Below are positions 52,700 through 64,000 of a DNA stretch of 64,000 nt, piece after piece. A program made the translations under genes and the position numbers. A model generated the notes under the pieces. That model saw only the letters and a list, made by a program, of their open reading frames with translations. It had not been told where the DNA came from and searched no databases. The stretch is from Macrostomum hystrix. Lineage: Eukaryota > Animalia > Platyhelminthes. The stretch spans positions 1,426,001 through 1,490,000 of the forward strand of contig CATNEN010000011.1 of NCBI GenBank assembly GCA_950097015.1, read 5' to 3'. The stretch's first letter is position 1. Each line of letters starts with the position of its first letter.

Positions 52700-54680
52700 T
52701 CTGAAGCTGATTGTTTCAGTTATGATGCAGTCGATTGGCCCATGCAGTGACTGATGAACAACGCCCGCACATTGATATCACGGATCAGCAGATTATTCAG
52801 GCAGTGCTAGAAGAAAACCTAGCTGTTGTTGATCTGTATTTAAAACAACAGAGAAATAGAAACAGATTGCTGCACTACAGAATGAGCAATTCATGTTGCA
52901 AGTCAAGCGCCGCGCCTCACTGGTTTTGAAGACCTGCACGCCGTGAGATACTCTTCATCATGTCATGTAGTGTGTTCTTCTCAATAAGCTGTTTTGCAGA
53001 GTATCAGACGTCAGAATCAGCACGAACCTTTATGGGCATCGGAAGCAGTGCCTCCACACCGAGTGGGAATTCGGCGAGATACAGCTGCCCTGCCTCAACT
53101 GCATGGGCACTTTCAACCACCGGTATTGATCGCATCCTTGTTTGCTTTCCAGTTAAGCATTGCTCAATACTTGCCGCAGTCAAAGTCTTCTCAGGACCCC
53201 GTTTGAACCATGTCGATGCACTCCACAAATTCGTGCTCGCAGAACCGCAGTGAGGATACCCTCAGGTCCTTTATCTATTCACGACCTTTGAACTCAAAGT
53301 GATAAATAATGCTAAAAAAATTCGTCTTGCAGTCGCTCCGGGTCCCTCGGTTAAAGTACACACTCAGTAGGACAAGTCGGAGTCTGTGATGGCCTTGAAC
53401 CCTCGTCGGTCTCCAACGGTTCGCTCCCTCAACTGGCAGCTAAAACGCAGCACGCACGAGTATGTTTCATATTGCTCAGGCGAGACTGCTCATTCCCAAT
53501 GACGATAGTCGCACGTGTCTCAATCATTTATCTGTGCATGCTGGCTCGGAAGCCCCGAATCGTATCTGGCGCATATGTCCTTGCCCCCCCACGGCAAGAT
53601 TTCCTTTTCCTTTTCAACTTACATACCATAGGCACAAATAGCTGTCTACATACAATACAATACAATAAATACAATGGCCACCGGCCACAAGTGGTCAGGA
53701 AAGGGGGGGACATTGTCAAAAAGCACGCTTAGCTGCGCAGTCTCTGATGAAGGTAGCGCCATTGATCTGATCAGGCGCCCTGGCGTCTTCTGTCAGACAG
53801 TCGACGAACCTCCGGGTCCGCGCCTGCCCCCGCCGGAACGGGCCCTGCTGCGTGTACAGCAAGACCTCCTGCAGCGGCTCCGGGCAGTAGGACTCGGCGC
53901 GAATGACGTGGCCCGCCAGCTTCAGGCGGCGCTGTCGCAGGGTCACGCTGGGAGGGCTCAGCTTGGCCCGCTGGTAGAGAGCCTGGTTGGTGACGTGTTC
54001 GGCGTGACGGTGCACGCTGAAGGCAGCGCGCAGCAGGCTGGAGTGCGCCGCGTCCAGCTGGCGCTCCAGCACATCCGTCATGGTCCAGGTCTCGGCGTTG
54101 TAGAAGAGCACCGTTTCCACCACCGCCTGGAACAGTCTGGTTCTCAGCTGGTCTGGCAGGGCGTCGCTTTGGAGCACGATGCGCACTGAGCGGAAAGCCG
54201 CCCACGCAAGCCCTCTGCGACGCCGCAGGTCCTCCTGGACGCTGGGCACGAGACCACCAAGGTACCGGAACTGCTCACATCGGGGGAGCGGTGCTGCCGT
54301 TGCGCTGTCCATGCTGGGAAGGCGGATGACCGCTGGCAGATCGGCTGGCACAGTCAGGACCTCCGTCTTCTTGGCGTTGATCTTAAGGCCAACCTTCGCA
54401 GCGGCAGCAGCTAGGCCGTCGAGGAGGCGTTGAGCACCAGCAGCAGTGGATGCCAGCAGGGCGAGGTCATCAGCATATCCGAGGACTGCCAGCCGCTTCT
54501 CCGGGTGCCGGCTGCTCGTTCGCCTGCATAGGATGTAGCCGTCCGAGTTGTCCGGTAGTCCTGTCCGCAGCACCCAGTCCAAGGACTGTCTACATAACAC
54601 ATTGGCATGCTTTCAGAAATATCCAGTAAACCATTCGGGTAGCTGATGTGCTCCATTTCATACGATCTTAGATGCTCCTC
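52700..54680 (-). pseudogene. Decayed Crypton-like (DUF3504, tyrosine recombinase) transposon remnant, interrupted by a LINE
   Basis: Manual minus-strand translation across frameshifts and stops: RTYAPDTIRGFRASMHR; SEPLETDE; PERLQDEFF; HFEFKGRE*IKDLRVSSLRF; LYLAEFP..DSDV*YSAKQLIEKNTLHDMMKSISRRAGL. These follow the Crypton motif order. Confidence 0.65.
53653..54585 (-). mobile_element. 5'-truncated RTE-like LINE (C-terminal RT) with (ATTGT)n tail and 11-bp TSD
   Basis: LGYADDLALL, KINAKKTEVL, FRYLG, ETVLFYNAETW, RLKLAGHV. TSD CTGTCTACATA at 53642-53652 and 54586-54596. Confidence 0.92.
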
Positions 54681-54999
54681 CAAGTTTAGGTCGTCTTAGA
54701 TTTTCTCGGGCTTAATATCCTATAGATTTATTTTCTTTGCGCTATTTACTTATAGCATATCTTGGTTAAACATATTCTATGGTAGAAAGTGCCCCCACAC
54801 CCCCAATTTCTTTCCCCGGCTTATAACTTGTTCTCTCTAACCAAGGACTTCTATATAATAGCATCTGGACTGGAAACGAGAAATAAATTTCACAATTATT
54901 TTACCACATGAGGCCAATGTTTAGCCGAGCACAGCGGCTCTCCAGAGAAACATATCTACTTAAGCCGTCACACATCTCAAGGCGCCTACATTCCAGGCA

Positions 55000-55330
55000 T
55001 GCACATTGAATTTGGTGGAAATCCTATGTTGGGGAGAGAAATGGAGTCTACTTTTTTCGGAGAAGCATTTCCAATTGATTTCAATGGCGTTTCAAATTGG
55101 CATTCCATCGGTCCCCAGCTGTTCACCATAGACACTTGTTCCAGAACGTTATCTATAAGGCAAGATGCGGTGCCAACTATCTTTCCTAATGCACCTGCAT
55201 ACCTTTCTTCTGTCCGGCAAGCAGCTCGGAGCACATGCTCTGCGACATCATCTGCGCGTCTGGAGGCTGAAAACATGCGTCTCGATGATCAAATCGCCGA
55301 CTGTCTATGTCTATGGCAAATTTAGAACGA
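55000..55330 (+). pseudogene. THAP-domain / P-element transposase N-terminal relic
   Basis: LSIRQDAVPTIFPNAPAYLS..RSTCSATSSARLEAEN carries the AVPTIF box that ends THAP domains. No intact C2CH core is seen. Confidence 0.5.
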
Positions 55331-56268
55331 ATGCAATTCCTTCCGGTTAGAGAGTCCAGAAATGGCGCTTCACGGCGAGCCCGAAGGGTGATATACCAAT
55401 CATTTCATTAATTAATCTTTGCAGACAACTTTCACAATAAAGATCAAAAATATACTTAAAGCAGCATGGCAACTTCTAAGAGCATGATGAGCACTGAATG
55501 AAAGCCGAACTTTAAAAAATCGAAAGCATAAAGGGCTTTCAGCGAAAAGCGAATCATTCTGTGCAACTAATTAATTGGTTAAAATGTGTCGTAAACTAAA
55601 CGAATAGCATAATATGGCGCTTGATCGCGAACAGAAAAATTAAGCTTAATGCATGCAGTTTATTGGCTGATAATAAAGCCAAGACTACCACTTTAAGATC
55701 TGATCAGGGGAGTTTCCCCCAGCCATGGTGAATCTGTTTCAATCTGCTACTGTGAAGCTAGTATAATTTTGTGGATAATTTGAGTGGAATTTCGAGTATT
55801 TACAGTGCTGCACAGCAATTGTTAAAAGTGATGCCGGCTGATATGTGTACAAAAGAAAGCTCAAAACGAAAATTAATGAGGGAGGTAGGGCAGCTTGATA
55901 ATTTTCTTCATCGTAATAAGTGGTAGAACTAATCAGTTCGAAGCTAGAACTCAATAACTAATTATAGGGCAGAGACCAAAGGCGATTGGGAGAAAGACAG
56001 CAAAGTCAAGAGGAAGGACCAGCAAAGGCTAAAAATGTGCTAAAAACTGGGTGACCAAGCCACTTGATCCGGGATAACACTTGACAGGGTCGAAAAACAA
56101 GAGAGGCTAAAGTTATAAAGGGTAAAGGGTCAAGGTTATAAACTTCAAAAATGTTTTCAAAAACGGTAAAACAATGAATTTTAGTTCAAGAAAAAAGTTA
56201 ATTTTTTGTGTAACAGGCAAAAAATATAAATTTTAAAATATAACAGTTTTTCGAAAAAAAGCCATAGT

Positions 56269-59232
56269 TTATGGTGTAAAAAAATGATCCCAAATTGCGG
56301 GAACTCTTGGTAAAACGTTGCTCACAGCGAAGGCACTCGCTGCGATTCCCATACAGGGCAACCACGACGTGCCCAGTCCAATAGCGATCAGCAGACCAGC
56401 CAGTGAGGAGCCCACCGAGGTCATAAGACTTCTAAAGCGCCAGCGGTACTCGTGCTCAGGCATTCCTGTAGTGGCCTTGCGGAACTCCAGAACGCCGGCC
56501 TCTATACAAGCAAAGAATAAAACTAACGCTAAGCTGAATCCTTCCCACCGAAATGTGCTTCCGTCAGGCACAGCTGGCGAAATGTCTGCGAAGATCCGCA
56601 GAATTTTACTCGCAAATTTACAGAATTTTACAGCAATGTTTAAGAGCTGCATCCCGAATGAGTTACAAGTAGATGTTGCAGTCAAAGCCCAGTCGCTGAG
56701 CTGTAAACTTGTGAATCGACCGTAGATCAAAAAGTTCACAAAGTGCTCACAGTTGTTAGAAAATAGATCGTAGTTTCTTGCACCTCGACATTCATCGAAT
56801 TTCGCATCAATCCTCTCCCAATCGAGGTCGGCATTGTGCACGACTTTCTGCAGCTGGCCCGGGCCGGTGACGCGGAGGAATCCGATGAATTCGTTGATTC
56901 CCATCTTCACCTCCTCGGCTGGTGCTTCGTACGTCACGCCGAAGCCTGAGCTCGACTCGGGATCCCATTCGACGAGAATGAAGTGGACGTCCTTGACCTT
57001 ACCTTGCACCCTCCGTTTGAGGATGATGTGATCAAACTGCCTGAGGCTGCTGCGATTCACATTGTCTTCCACAAAGACACTCTCACCAGGCCGAGAGCCG
57101 AATTTGTTTTCAAGACACTGCAAATCCTTTTGCATCCGTTCCAAATGGGTTCCAAACAACTTTTCTATATCCTTCAAGCCTTGTCTGTTCTTCTTATTCT
57201 TGAGCCAGTAACAGAAGTCCTGACTCGTAACTCGGCTGCCTTGATTCGCCCACTTAATGAAGCTCATCTTGTCGTCGTCGGCATTCAAGAAGTTGACACC
57301 GAGTAGCTGCTCGAGAATGTCCATGCGAGTCTCTGATCGACTGAAGCCATTGTAAACAAATCGGCGAATTTTTTCTTCGGCACTGATTTTCAACTCCTCC
57401 TTTCTGACTGATCTGAACTGCTTGTTGTTCTCGTACAAATTAACTTTTACAATCTCATTAGAATCCTCAAATTGTGTGCACTCTCTCATGATCGCATCGT
57501 GAGTGTAAGGGTCGAATAACTTCGGAAACTTAATGTGGCCTCTTCCGAACGTCACCAGATCTTCTGCAGAGTTGATGTCAACGCGGCACTGCTCTCGATT
57601 GCTGCCATGCTCGATGCTGCACTACCTCGCAAAGTCGCGATCGCTGTTCCGCATCCAGTTGTGATCACGCTCACCTTTTCTGGAAAACGCTCTCTCCACC
57701 ACCTTCTCAGGTGAAAACTTTCTGTCGTCTCCAACATTGTAGGTGATGAGATGCACATCTTGCTTACTCTCCTCTCCAATGTCAAGCTCACAGGTCTGAA
57801 GTGCGACCTCAAACATCTGAGTACTGAGTGATGGTTTCAATACGTAAGTCATCACTTCGCACATTAATTTGGTTTGTTTTTCGTCGCTTTTCTCGCTATC
57901 AGCCTGATGTAATGCTTGAATGACAACTGCATGTTTTCTCATGCTGAAGCCTTCCTGACTCCGAAAGCTGATCACACTGCTAGTTTTCACATTATTCAAA
58001 TCAGTGACCTTGACTGCTGAATAGACCGGTTTTTCCCGACCACCACCGTACAGCTCGCAGTCCAGCTTCGCTTCGTTGTGCACACACAAGGAGACGCTCT
58101 TCTCTTTCTTGCGGGTCCAAATCTTGAACTCGATGAGGTCATTCGCAGTGCATTTGTCTCTCTCTGCACAATACTGAACCGTTCGAACGACTGTAGTACC
58201 TGACTCACGTGACCTGATATCCGTGATCAAGCGGTACTCCTTGTCTAGGTATATCATGTCTCCTGCTTTTAGACTTTCGGGATCAACTGTTTTGCAAAGC
58301 TCTCGGCAGTCACTGTGTCCTTCCACTTCTAGAGCGTTTCTCTTCCACTGGTCAGTTGAAAGCGCTTGATCTCTAATGAGCAGGTGGCATATTGAGAGGC
58401 TTGACAATATCTTGTTCGAATAGACCACCCTGTTCAGGAATCGGACCCACTCTCTCATCCGTGATAGATCAGCTCCATTGTGACATTGAGCTGAAATTAT
58501 TTTTCTGACTGGCTTCGTCAACACATGCTCGGCCTCGTGAACAATGGGCAAGCATGAACACGTGCCTTTTTTCGCCACCACAGTCACCAGACTTGCATCC
58601 TCGATGACTGGCTCGACATTTGTCACCTCTGCGTGAATCCGACGACTGTCGCTGCAGGAAATTCGAACATGGTCACCTGCTTTGATTTCGTGGGTGTGAT
58701 GCTCGTCGGATTTGTAGATTGGCACATGACAACTCTGACGGTGCGACGGTGACTGGACTTTGCACCACAGGGCGAACATTGAGGCATTATTTGAAATTCG
58801 GTTGTACTCCTCTTCATTCAGTCGACTGCGAGCTCGTTGAAGCACAGCTTGCGCTGGATAGCAGCTCGCGGGTGGAAACACGAGCAGCCAGCTTTTTTGT
58901 GTGTTGAGACTCAGCTCAAATGTCTCCCTCATTTCTGTGTTTGGCGTGAGTACGCTTGACCTTCCATAGGGAATGGCATCAATAATGATGAAGTCGGGCG
59001 GCTTGTCTGGTCGGGTCCTGACGCTCTCAACTACGATCAAGTGCCTCAGTTTATAGTAGTAGAGCTGCACGATGTCGCCAGGCTTCAGCTTCTCCATGGT
59101 TTCCTGCGTGAGTCTGAGTCTTCCTTCATCCTTGTGCTGACTGTACAGCTCCTGCTGCCCCTCTGTTAGGACGTGGTATTCGTGCATGTTATCTTCTAGC
59201 TCTATAAGTTTCTCATCGACTTGGTCGTCCAT
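56269..59232 (-). CDS. Tandem LRAT/NC (permuted NlpC/P60)-domain protein with C-terminal hydrophobic helices; one in-frame TAG at 57622-57624 (nonsense allele, pseudogene or recoding)
   Basis: ORFs 57622..59352 and 56269..57555 are in one frame, separated only by that TAG. Repeats begin xKxGDxV..H. The final repeat has YDLFSNNCEHFV (56741-56757); the first has YNRISNNASMFALWC. Likely start is MDDQV (59232). Confidence 0.7.
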
Positions 59233-59825
59233 TCGTTTGCTGGATTTTTGGTTTGTACTCGGTAGTCCAGCTTTCTCATTGCTTGGGCTAGTTGTGCCCG
59301 GCAGTTGTTCCTCGCTACAAGGAAATTGAAACGCAAAATTTTTATTAGTCACGTTGAAACTGCCGTTGATTTCTCTTTTCTTAAATTAAGATGTTTTCGC
59401 TAAGTTCTTAGAATAGACTATACCCCATTTTCATTATTAACTTTATGTACGTTAATCAAACACTTTTTTGTGAACAGCAGAAAGACCACACCATTTCCCC
59501 CCGTCACACCATTATTAACGTATGCTTTGGCGAGTCCGTATTGGTTTAAAAGTGTATAAATTAACAATATAATAAATACACGATGACATTTTGTAAGCAG
59601 AAAAGTTTCGCTTGTATTTTTTTTGCCACCAGACACCCCGACGAGAATCGTTGAATATCTCGACGATGCCGATGTTTTGTGATTGTGGAAGTTGTCTCAT
59701 TGGATAGAGGGGAAAATTGTAGCCCGTGTACTGGATTTTCAAGGCGATTTAGTAAATATTTTAGGAGACTGAAAAAATGTGGTTATTTGAAGCACCCAGT
59801 GATCTTTCTACTTTTTAAGAAATTA

Positions 59826-60390
59826 ATATTGTGTCTAGATATCGCGGGCCATATCGTGGAAATAATCGTCAGTGTGCTGCCCCGGAACTCGTAGTCTATG
59901 GCCGAATTTGTGCCAGAAAATTAAACGGATATGTAACGTATATTTAACACATTTAACCATTGATGAACTATAGATCGATTGAACGCATCTGGGCGTGGTA
60001 TGAGAGACGAACTCATATTCCTGCCGTTCGAGCCCGGCGGTTTCTCCCTAGGCAATTCTTGCTAAATTTATCATGTTGGCTTGCAAAGCGAGCAGAAGAA
60101 CTGCAAAGACTTGAATGATTGTTAAATGAGAATGAAAATCAGAACTGAAAGAGCTCAGATAACAGGATTCAGATTCTCGAAAAACTTGACTATGGCTTCG
60201 CCCCCACACCCAATTTGTACTCAGCCTAGCAGCGGGCCGAAATTACGATTCGGCCCAAAGAGTATAAATTACAAAGGGTTTTTATAATCTTTGATTCGGC
60301 CCGGGAATTTTGTCTGCCCAAACCTGCCTAGCCCGGCATCTGGAGCGGGCCGAAATGAAATTATTATGGCCCGCGAATTCGACACAATAT
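59826..60390. mobile_element. Putative MITE with imperfect ~26-bp TIRs and internal GGGCCGAA/TTCGGCCC motifs
   Basis: ATATTGTGTCTAGATATCGCGGGCCATA vs TATGGCCCGCGAATTCGACACAATAT. No TSD seen. Confidence 0.45.
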
Positions 60391-60724
60391 GGATATGTCT
60401 ATGGTTTCTCGGGCCGAAGAAACGGCATAATCAAGGACTTCTATATAATAGCTGCTGCGCAGCCCTCGGATTTTGCCGCTTCAGTCCTCGAAACCATAGA
60501 CATATCTATATACGAGTATTAATTGCAGCTCGTGTTCTATGTTCTTTGCTTTTTGACATGGCGTAGTAGTATTTCCATTCATCTTTTCATTTTCATTGTG
60601 TTCATTTTGCGATGAACTGAGCTTTGTACGAGCGTAGCTAGGAACGAGACAGTTTGTAGCCTAGTGGAAACAGCTTTGGACTTCGCAAACTCACGAGCTC
60701 GTAAGCTGAGACCAAGAGATACAA

Positions 60725-60785
60725 CCTTCTGTGGGTGTGGCGGGCTCCCCAGTCCACGGACTGAACAGCTGTACAGAGACAGCCA
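60725..60785 (+). mobile_element. Short SINE 3'-body fragment
   Basis: GTGGGTGTGG..CCAGTCCACGGACTGAACAGCTGTAC matches the SINE copies at 30520 and 42575. Confidence 0.5.
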
Positions 60786-61626
60786 TTGGCAAATAATGAA
60801 TGTAAATCTGGCCCAGCCGGTCGCTTGGTATTCTATCGAACAGTCTATCAATCAATGAAAATGCCTTATATGGGTACATATATTTGACATTGTAGCCATT
60901 GAAACGAGAAACGCAAGAAACACTGAATGACCAGTTGGTCTGATTCGATGATTAAACTCACCATTTAAAGTCTGTCATCGAGTCAGCTGGCCCAAAAATG
61001 TCCCATTGTGGCCGACTAAACTGTAGGCAAGAGCTGCCCTCTGTTCTGGTATAACCTTCGGGTTCCATTGAAGCAACGTTTAGCTGCTTTCGCAATGAAA
61101 TATACGAAGGAGCTTGACAACTTTAGCTTGCCTCTTGCAAGATTTATATTCAGCTAAAATTGAAAAAAATTTGCCAGAGCTTTATCTTATCGGTAACCAA
61201 AATTTCCATAAAAAATTTCCAGTAATCAAAGTGGCACGAAGCAGAAACGAGGTGCGGTGGGCGGCATTCACACATTTTTTACTTGCATAAGCCAAGCTAA
61301 AAATGAAACCTCGATCTCTATATCTAGTTGTTGAAGAAAGAAAACAAAATTTCCTGAATTTTCCTGACTTTCTATTAGAAATTGTCATCAGAATCTCGTG
61401 AGAAAACAAGCTTGTTGTTTTTCAAAAGCGTATCATTTTGATGCCCCATAGAATGATGTTTGCGTCGTGTTACGCGTAACGCGTTGTTACTCTCACGAGT
61501 AATATACGAGCGAATAAAAATTTTAGGCCGATACAGTGAAAAATTATTTGCTTTATCCACGCATATACTAACAAAAAGGATCTATTTCCAGCCACCCAGA
61601 AAGACTTCCCTCGGCAATATTTGAGT

Positions 61627-61989
61627 TCACGTGCTCTGTCTGCCGCTGCTTGCACGGCTATCAGTGCCGGTGCTAGAGGCTCTGGCACCGCTGCTGAAGC
61701 GCCGCAGGTGTCCCTCTGCCCTATCTACAGTCAGGCTGACAAGCCGAACAGCAGTCAGGTGTAGCTGGGCAGCGTCAGTGGCAGCTGACAGGCTCTTGGA
61801 CACCACACAGTCTGCCAGGCCTGTCAGCATCTCCTCCGGATCGCTATGCTTAACTTCTACGTCAGAAATCACATTTGAAGTTGGTGGAGACCGCGGCTGC
61901 GGACTTGACGGCGTTGGCGGTGGTGGAGGCGAGGCGCCCTGTGAGAGGCGCTGTACATCTGGCGCAGGGCTTGGCTGCCATAGTGCCAA
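61627..61989 (-). CDS. Small protein with a Pro/Ser-rich N-terminus and a helical C-terminus, unidentified
   Basis: GC-rich 120-codon ORF in AT-rich surroundings. A ttgctgcag acceptor lies ~20 nt upstream of the ATG. Confidence 0.4.
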   Translation of the reverse strand: MALWQPSPAPDVQRLSQGASPPPPPTPSSPQPRSPPTSNVISDVEVKHSDPEEMLTGLADCVVSKSLSAATDAAQLHLTAVRLVSLTVDRAEGHLRRFSSGARASSTGTDSRASSGRQST

Positions 61990-64000
61990 GCGTCATAGAC
62001 CCTGCAGCAAGCTGGTGAAATGGGCATTATGCTCCACTGAATCTGTTTTTCCAAAGCACCTTGCTTGCACCATGTTCCAAAAAGTACATTTAATAGAGGC
62101 TTTTAAAAACTTAGAAACATCGACATCGTAAACTGACGAGCTCCTCAAGCAAGACTGTCTTCTCGCGCACCAGTTTAGTGAATCCGCTGGCCGCATTAGC
62201 TGCAGCTACAGCCGAAGAGTTTTGTGACATGACCAGCAGCCAACTGGTATCTCAGTGTTCAAATGAATCTAGAGATTAAAAAGTCGGAGAAGCACGTTCT
62301 CAAGCAAAAATGCTTTGGTAAAAAGATTCATTCTCTACCACACTGTCTCAACAGCTAAACTAGACAGAGAGAACTGCGACCCAGCAATGCAAACTACAGT
62401 CTCCATGTCAACTGCAGTGTTGTGCTGTGAGGCTTTTTCTACCCCTCTGCTCTGAGTATTATGCGTCTGGACTAGCTTGTACACTCAATACTGAACTCAA
62501 TTTTTACTAAAAAGATTTTGTGCATCATATCGTGTAATTTGAGGCCGAGGCCCTACTTTGTTTCGAGTCTACACTCTTCAAGACAATGAGCTAATTTCAA
62601 AGCTTATAATTGGTTACATTTTTAGTACCTTATTAGTGGATACCTCAGCAAGACAGTGGGTTTACTTTTAGAGGTTACTTTCGCACTTTTTCCTATAAAA
62701 AGCCAAGAAATCAACGAAAGTGCTGATGCTAATAAAGAACTGAGAAAGTCTGCGATCAAATTTGATTTTAATTAACGTCCTTTCATGGTGAGTACGGTAT
62801 TGCTATTTTGAATCTAAAGTCAAATATTTCCAACAAAAATTACTCGAGCCCAAAGATCACACGTCCACAAGATGGGAAAAACTCGAGATTCGCGACAGCG
62901 CAAAAATCGGCTACTGAATTCAAAATTCAGTTCCCCACTGTGAGCTTTTCACGCACGTGGCGAAAAACGAAAGTCGCATTTTGCTCATTACCGCAATGGT
63001 AGATTGTTTAGTGATTACTCTATGGCCGAAACGAGTCCGAGAATCGCATCTCTCATTGTGCGTATATACCAAACACTAAAACTACGTATATGGCCAATCC
63101 ATAAGCGAAGGGTTCAAATAGTGCACTTTAGGGTGCGAAAAGAATTAAAATTGACTGTGTTGGGCACCTTTCAATCGATTGAATAAGGATGAAGTCCACG
63201 TATCTCGGGGAGCGAGCCTAAGATACCGATTCTCTTAGTTGCCTGGACCGCACTGTGAGAGATACAATTCAGACTACTGACAACAGTAGAAAAATAAAGA
63301 CTTGGCTGCAAAACTCTCACATAACACAAAAAAGTATCGCCATAAAATGGCAAGGTTAAAAGAGACTTCTGCGCACACTAAGAGTGGTGGGAGAGGACGG
63401 CGTGTGGCTATGGCTGACTGACGAAGGCAAACAAGCCAGAAACCGGTCTCGGTCTGCCAGAGCGAGGTTCGTTCCCCACTTTTAGTGTGTTACACGCACG
63501 AGTCGACCCTGTAGGGTCAGTAGCAGGACGCCCCGGAAAAGGCTTTCAATGGAAAGGCTTCCCCGCTCTGAGTCACTTAATTCGCAAGTAAAATCAAAAT
63601 TTACGAGGTAAATGTAAAAGCTCGTATTGTACGAGTAGTTGGCTTACGCGTTGAAACGAGGCTAAAACTAACGGCAGCCCGCCCTCTGCTGTTGTCTATG
63701 GTCGAATTCCTCGGCGCTACACGCCTCGACGTTTCAGTTCGTTTCTGCCCTCTGCAGTCTATCAATATTAGTACAAGTATATTGCACAAAGCATTACCTG
63801 GCCCGCTGGCACAACAACCTGCCTGACTATCTTAAAGCACTAAACCATACACCGAATCAACTATGAGCTGACAAAATTGATCCAGCAATCGATAGGTTTA
63901 CATTAGAAAACAGGTTCTTATTAACTAAAAATTAGGTTCCCCACCGTCCTGTTGTTGGAATATCATCATGAACAGCCTAAACTTTTTCTTTGAGTTTTGG

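Noticed and set aside
55700-55790. U1 snRNA-like fragments (GGGGAG..CCATG, ATAATTTTGTGG)
   Set aside because: The 5' ACTTACCTG and the stem-loops are absent; probably a chance similarity.
57570-57625. Intron removing the amber codon in the LRAT frame
   Set aside because: The phase-compatible acceptors give introns of only 9 or 24 nt. The other AGs shift the frame.
63380-63580. GC-rich stretch with small hairpins (GACCCTGTAGGGTC), possible ncRNA
   Set aside because: No recognisable Sm, box C/D, H/ACA, MRP or SL motifs.

Overview
Eukaryotic (animal) genomic DNA. GC-rich exons with polyQ/polyA/polyG inserts and minisatellite-filled introns suggest a free-living flatworm such as Macrostomum (inference only). 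Every protein gene I can recognise is on the minus strand. In window order they are: sFRP copy A; a GM2-activator (ML domain) gene; sFRP copy B; a coiled-coil gene; BAP1; GCNA/ACRC (SprT); RPC4/POLR3D; eIF2-alpha; GALE; a ~1000-codon tandem LRAT/NC-domain frame split by one amber codon; and a small Pro-rich ORF. GM2A plus sFRP form a tandem duplication with a period of ~18.7 kb. Repeats include: a 3'-truncated APE LINE with a 2A-like DLELNPGP motif and PHD fingers; a 5'-truncated RTE-like LINE with an 11-bp TSD, nested in a decayed Crypton-like tyrosine recombinase; a THAP/P-element relic; a tRNA-derived CORE-like SINE family; hAT-like and other MITEs; a 4.8-kb G-rich satellite; and many minisatellites. 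The most notable observations are: (i) amino-acid divergence of the sFRP paralogs concentrated in the Wnt-binding CRD exon, which sits inside an inverted repeat; (ii) the multi-LRAT frame with TAG at a Trp-aligned position; (iii) an operon-like co-directional cluster whose unpaired phase-0 splice acceptors fit spliced-leader trans-splicing with an SL-donated AUG; (iv) a greatly expanded BAP1 crossover loop; (v) GCNA bracketed by hAT-like ends. All alignments and counts were made by eye.
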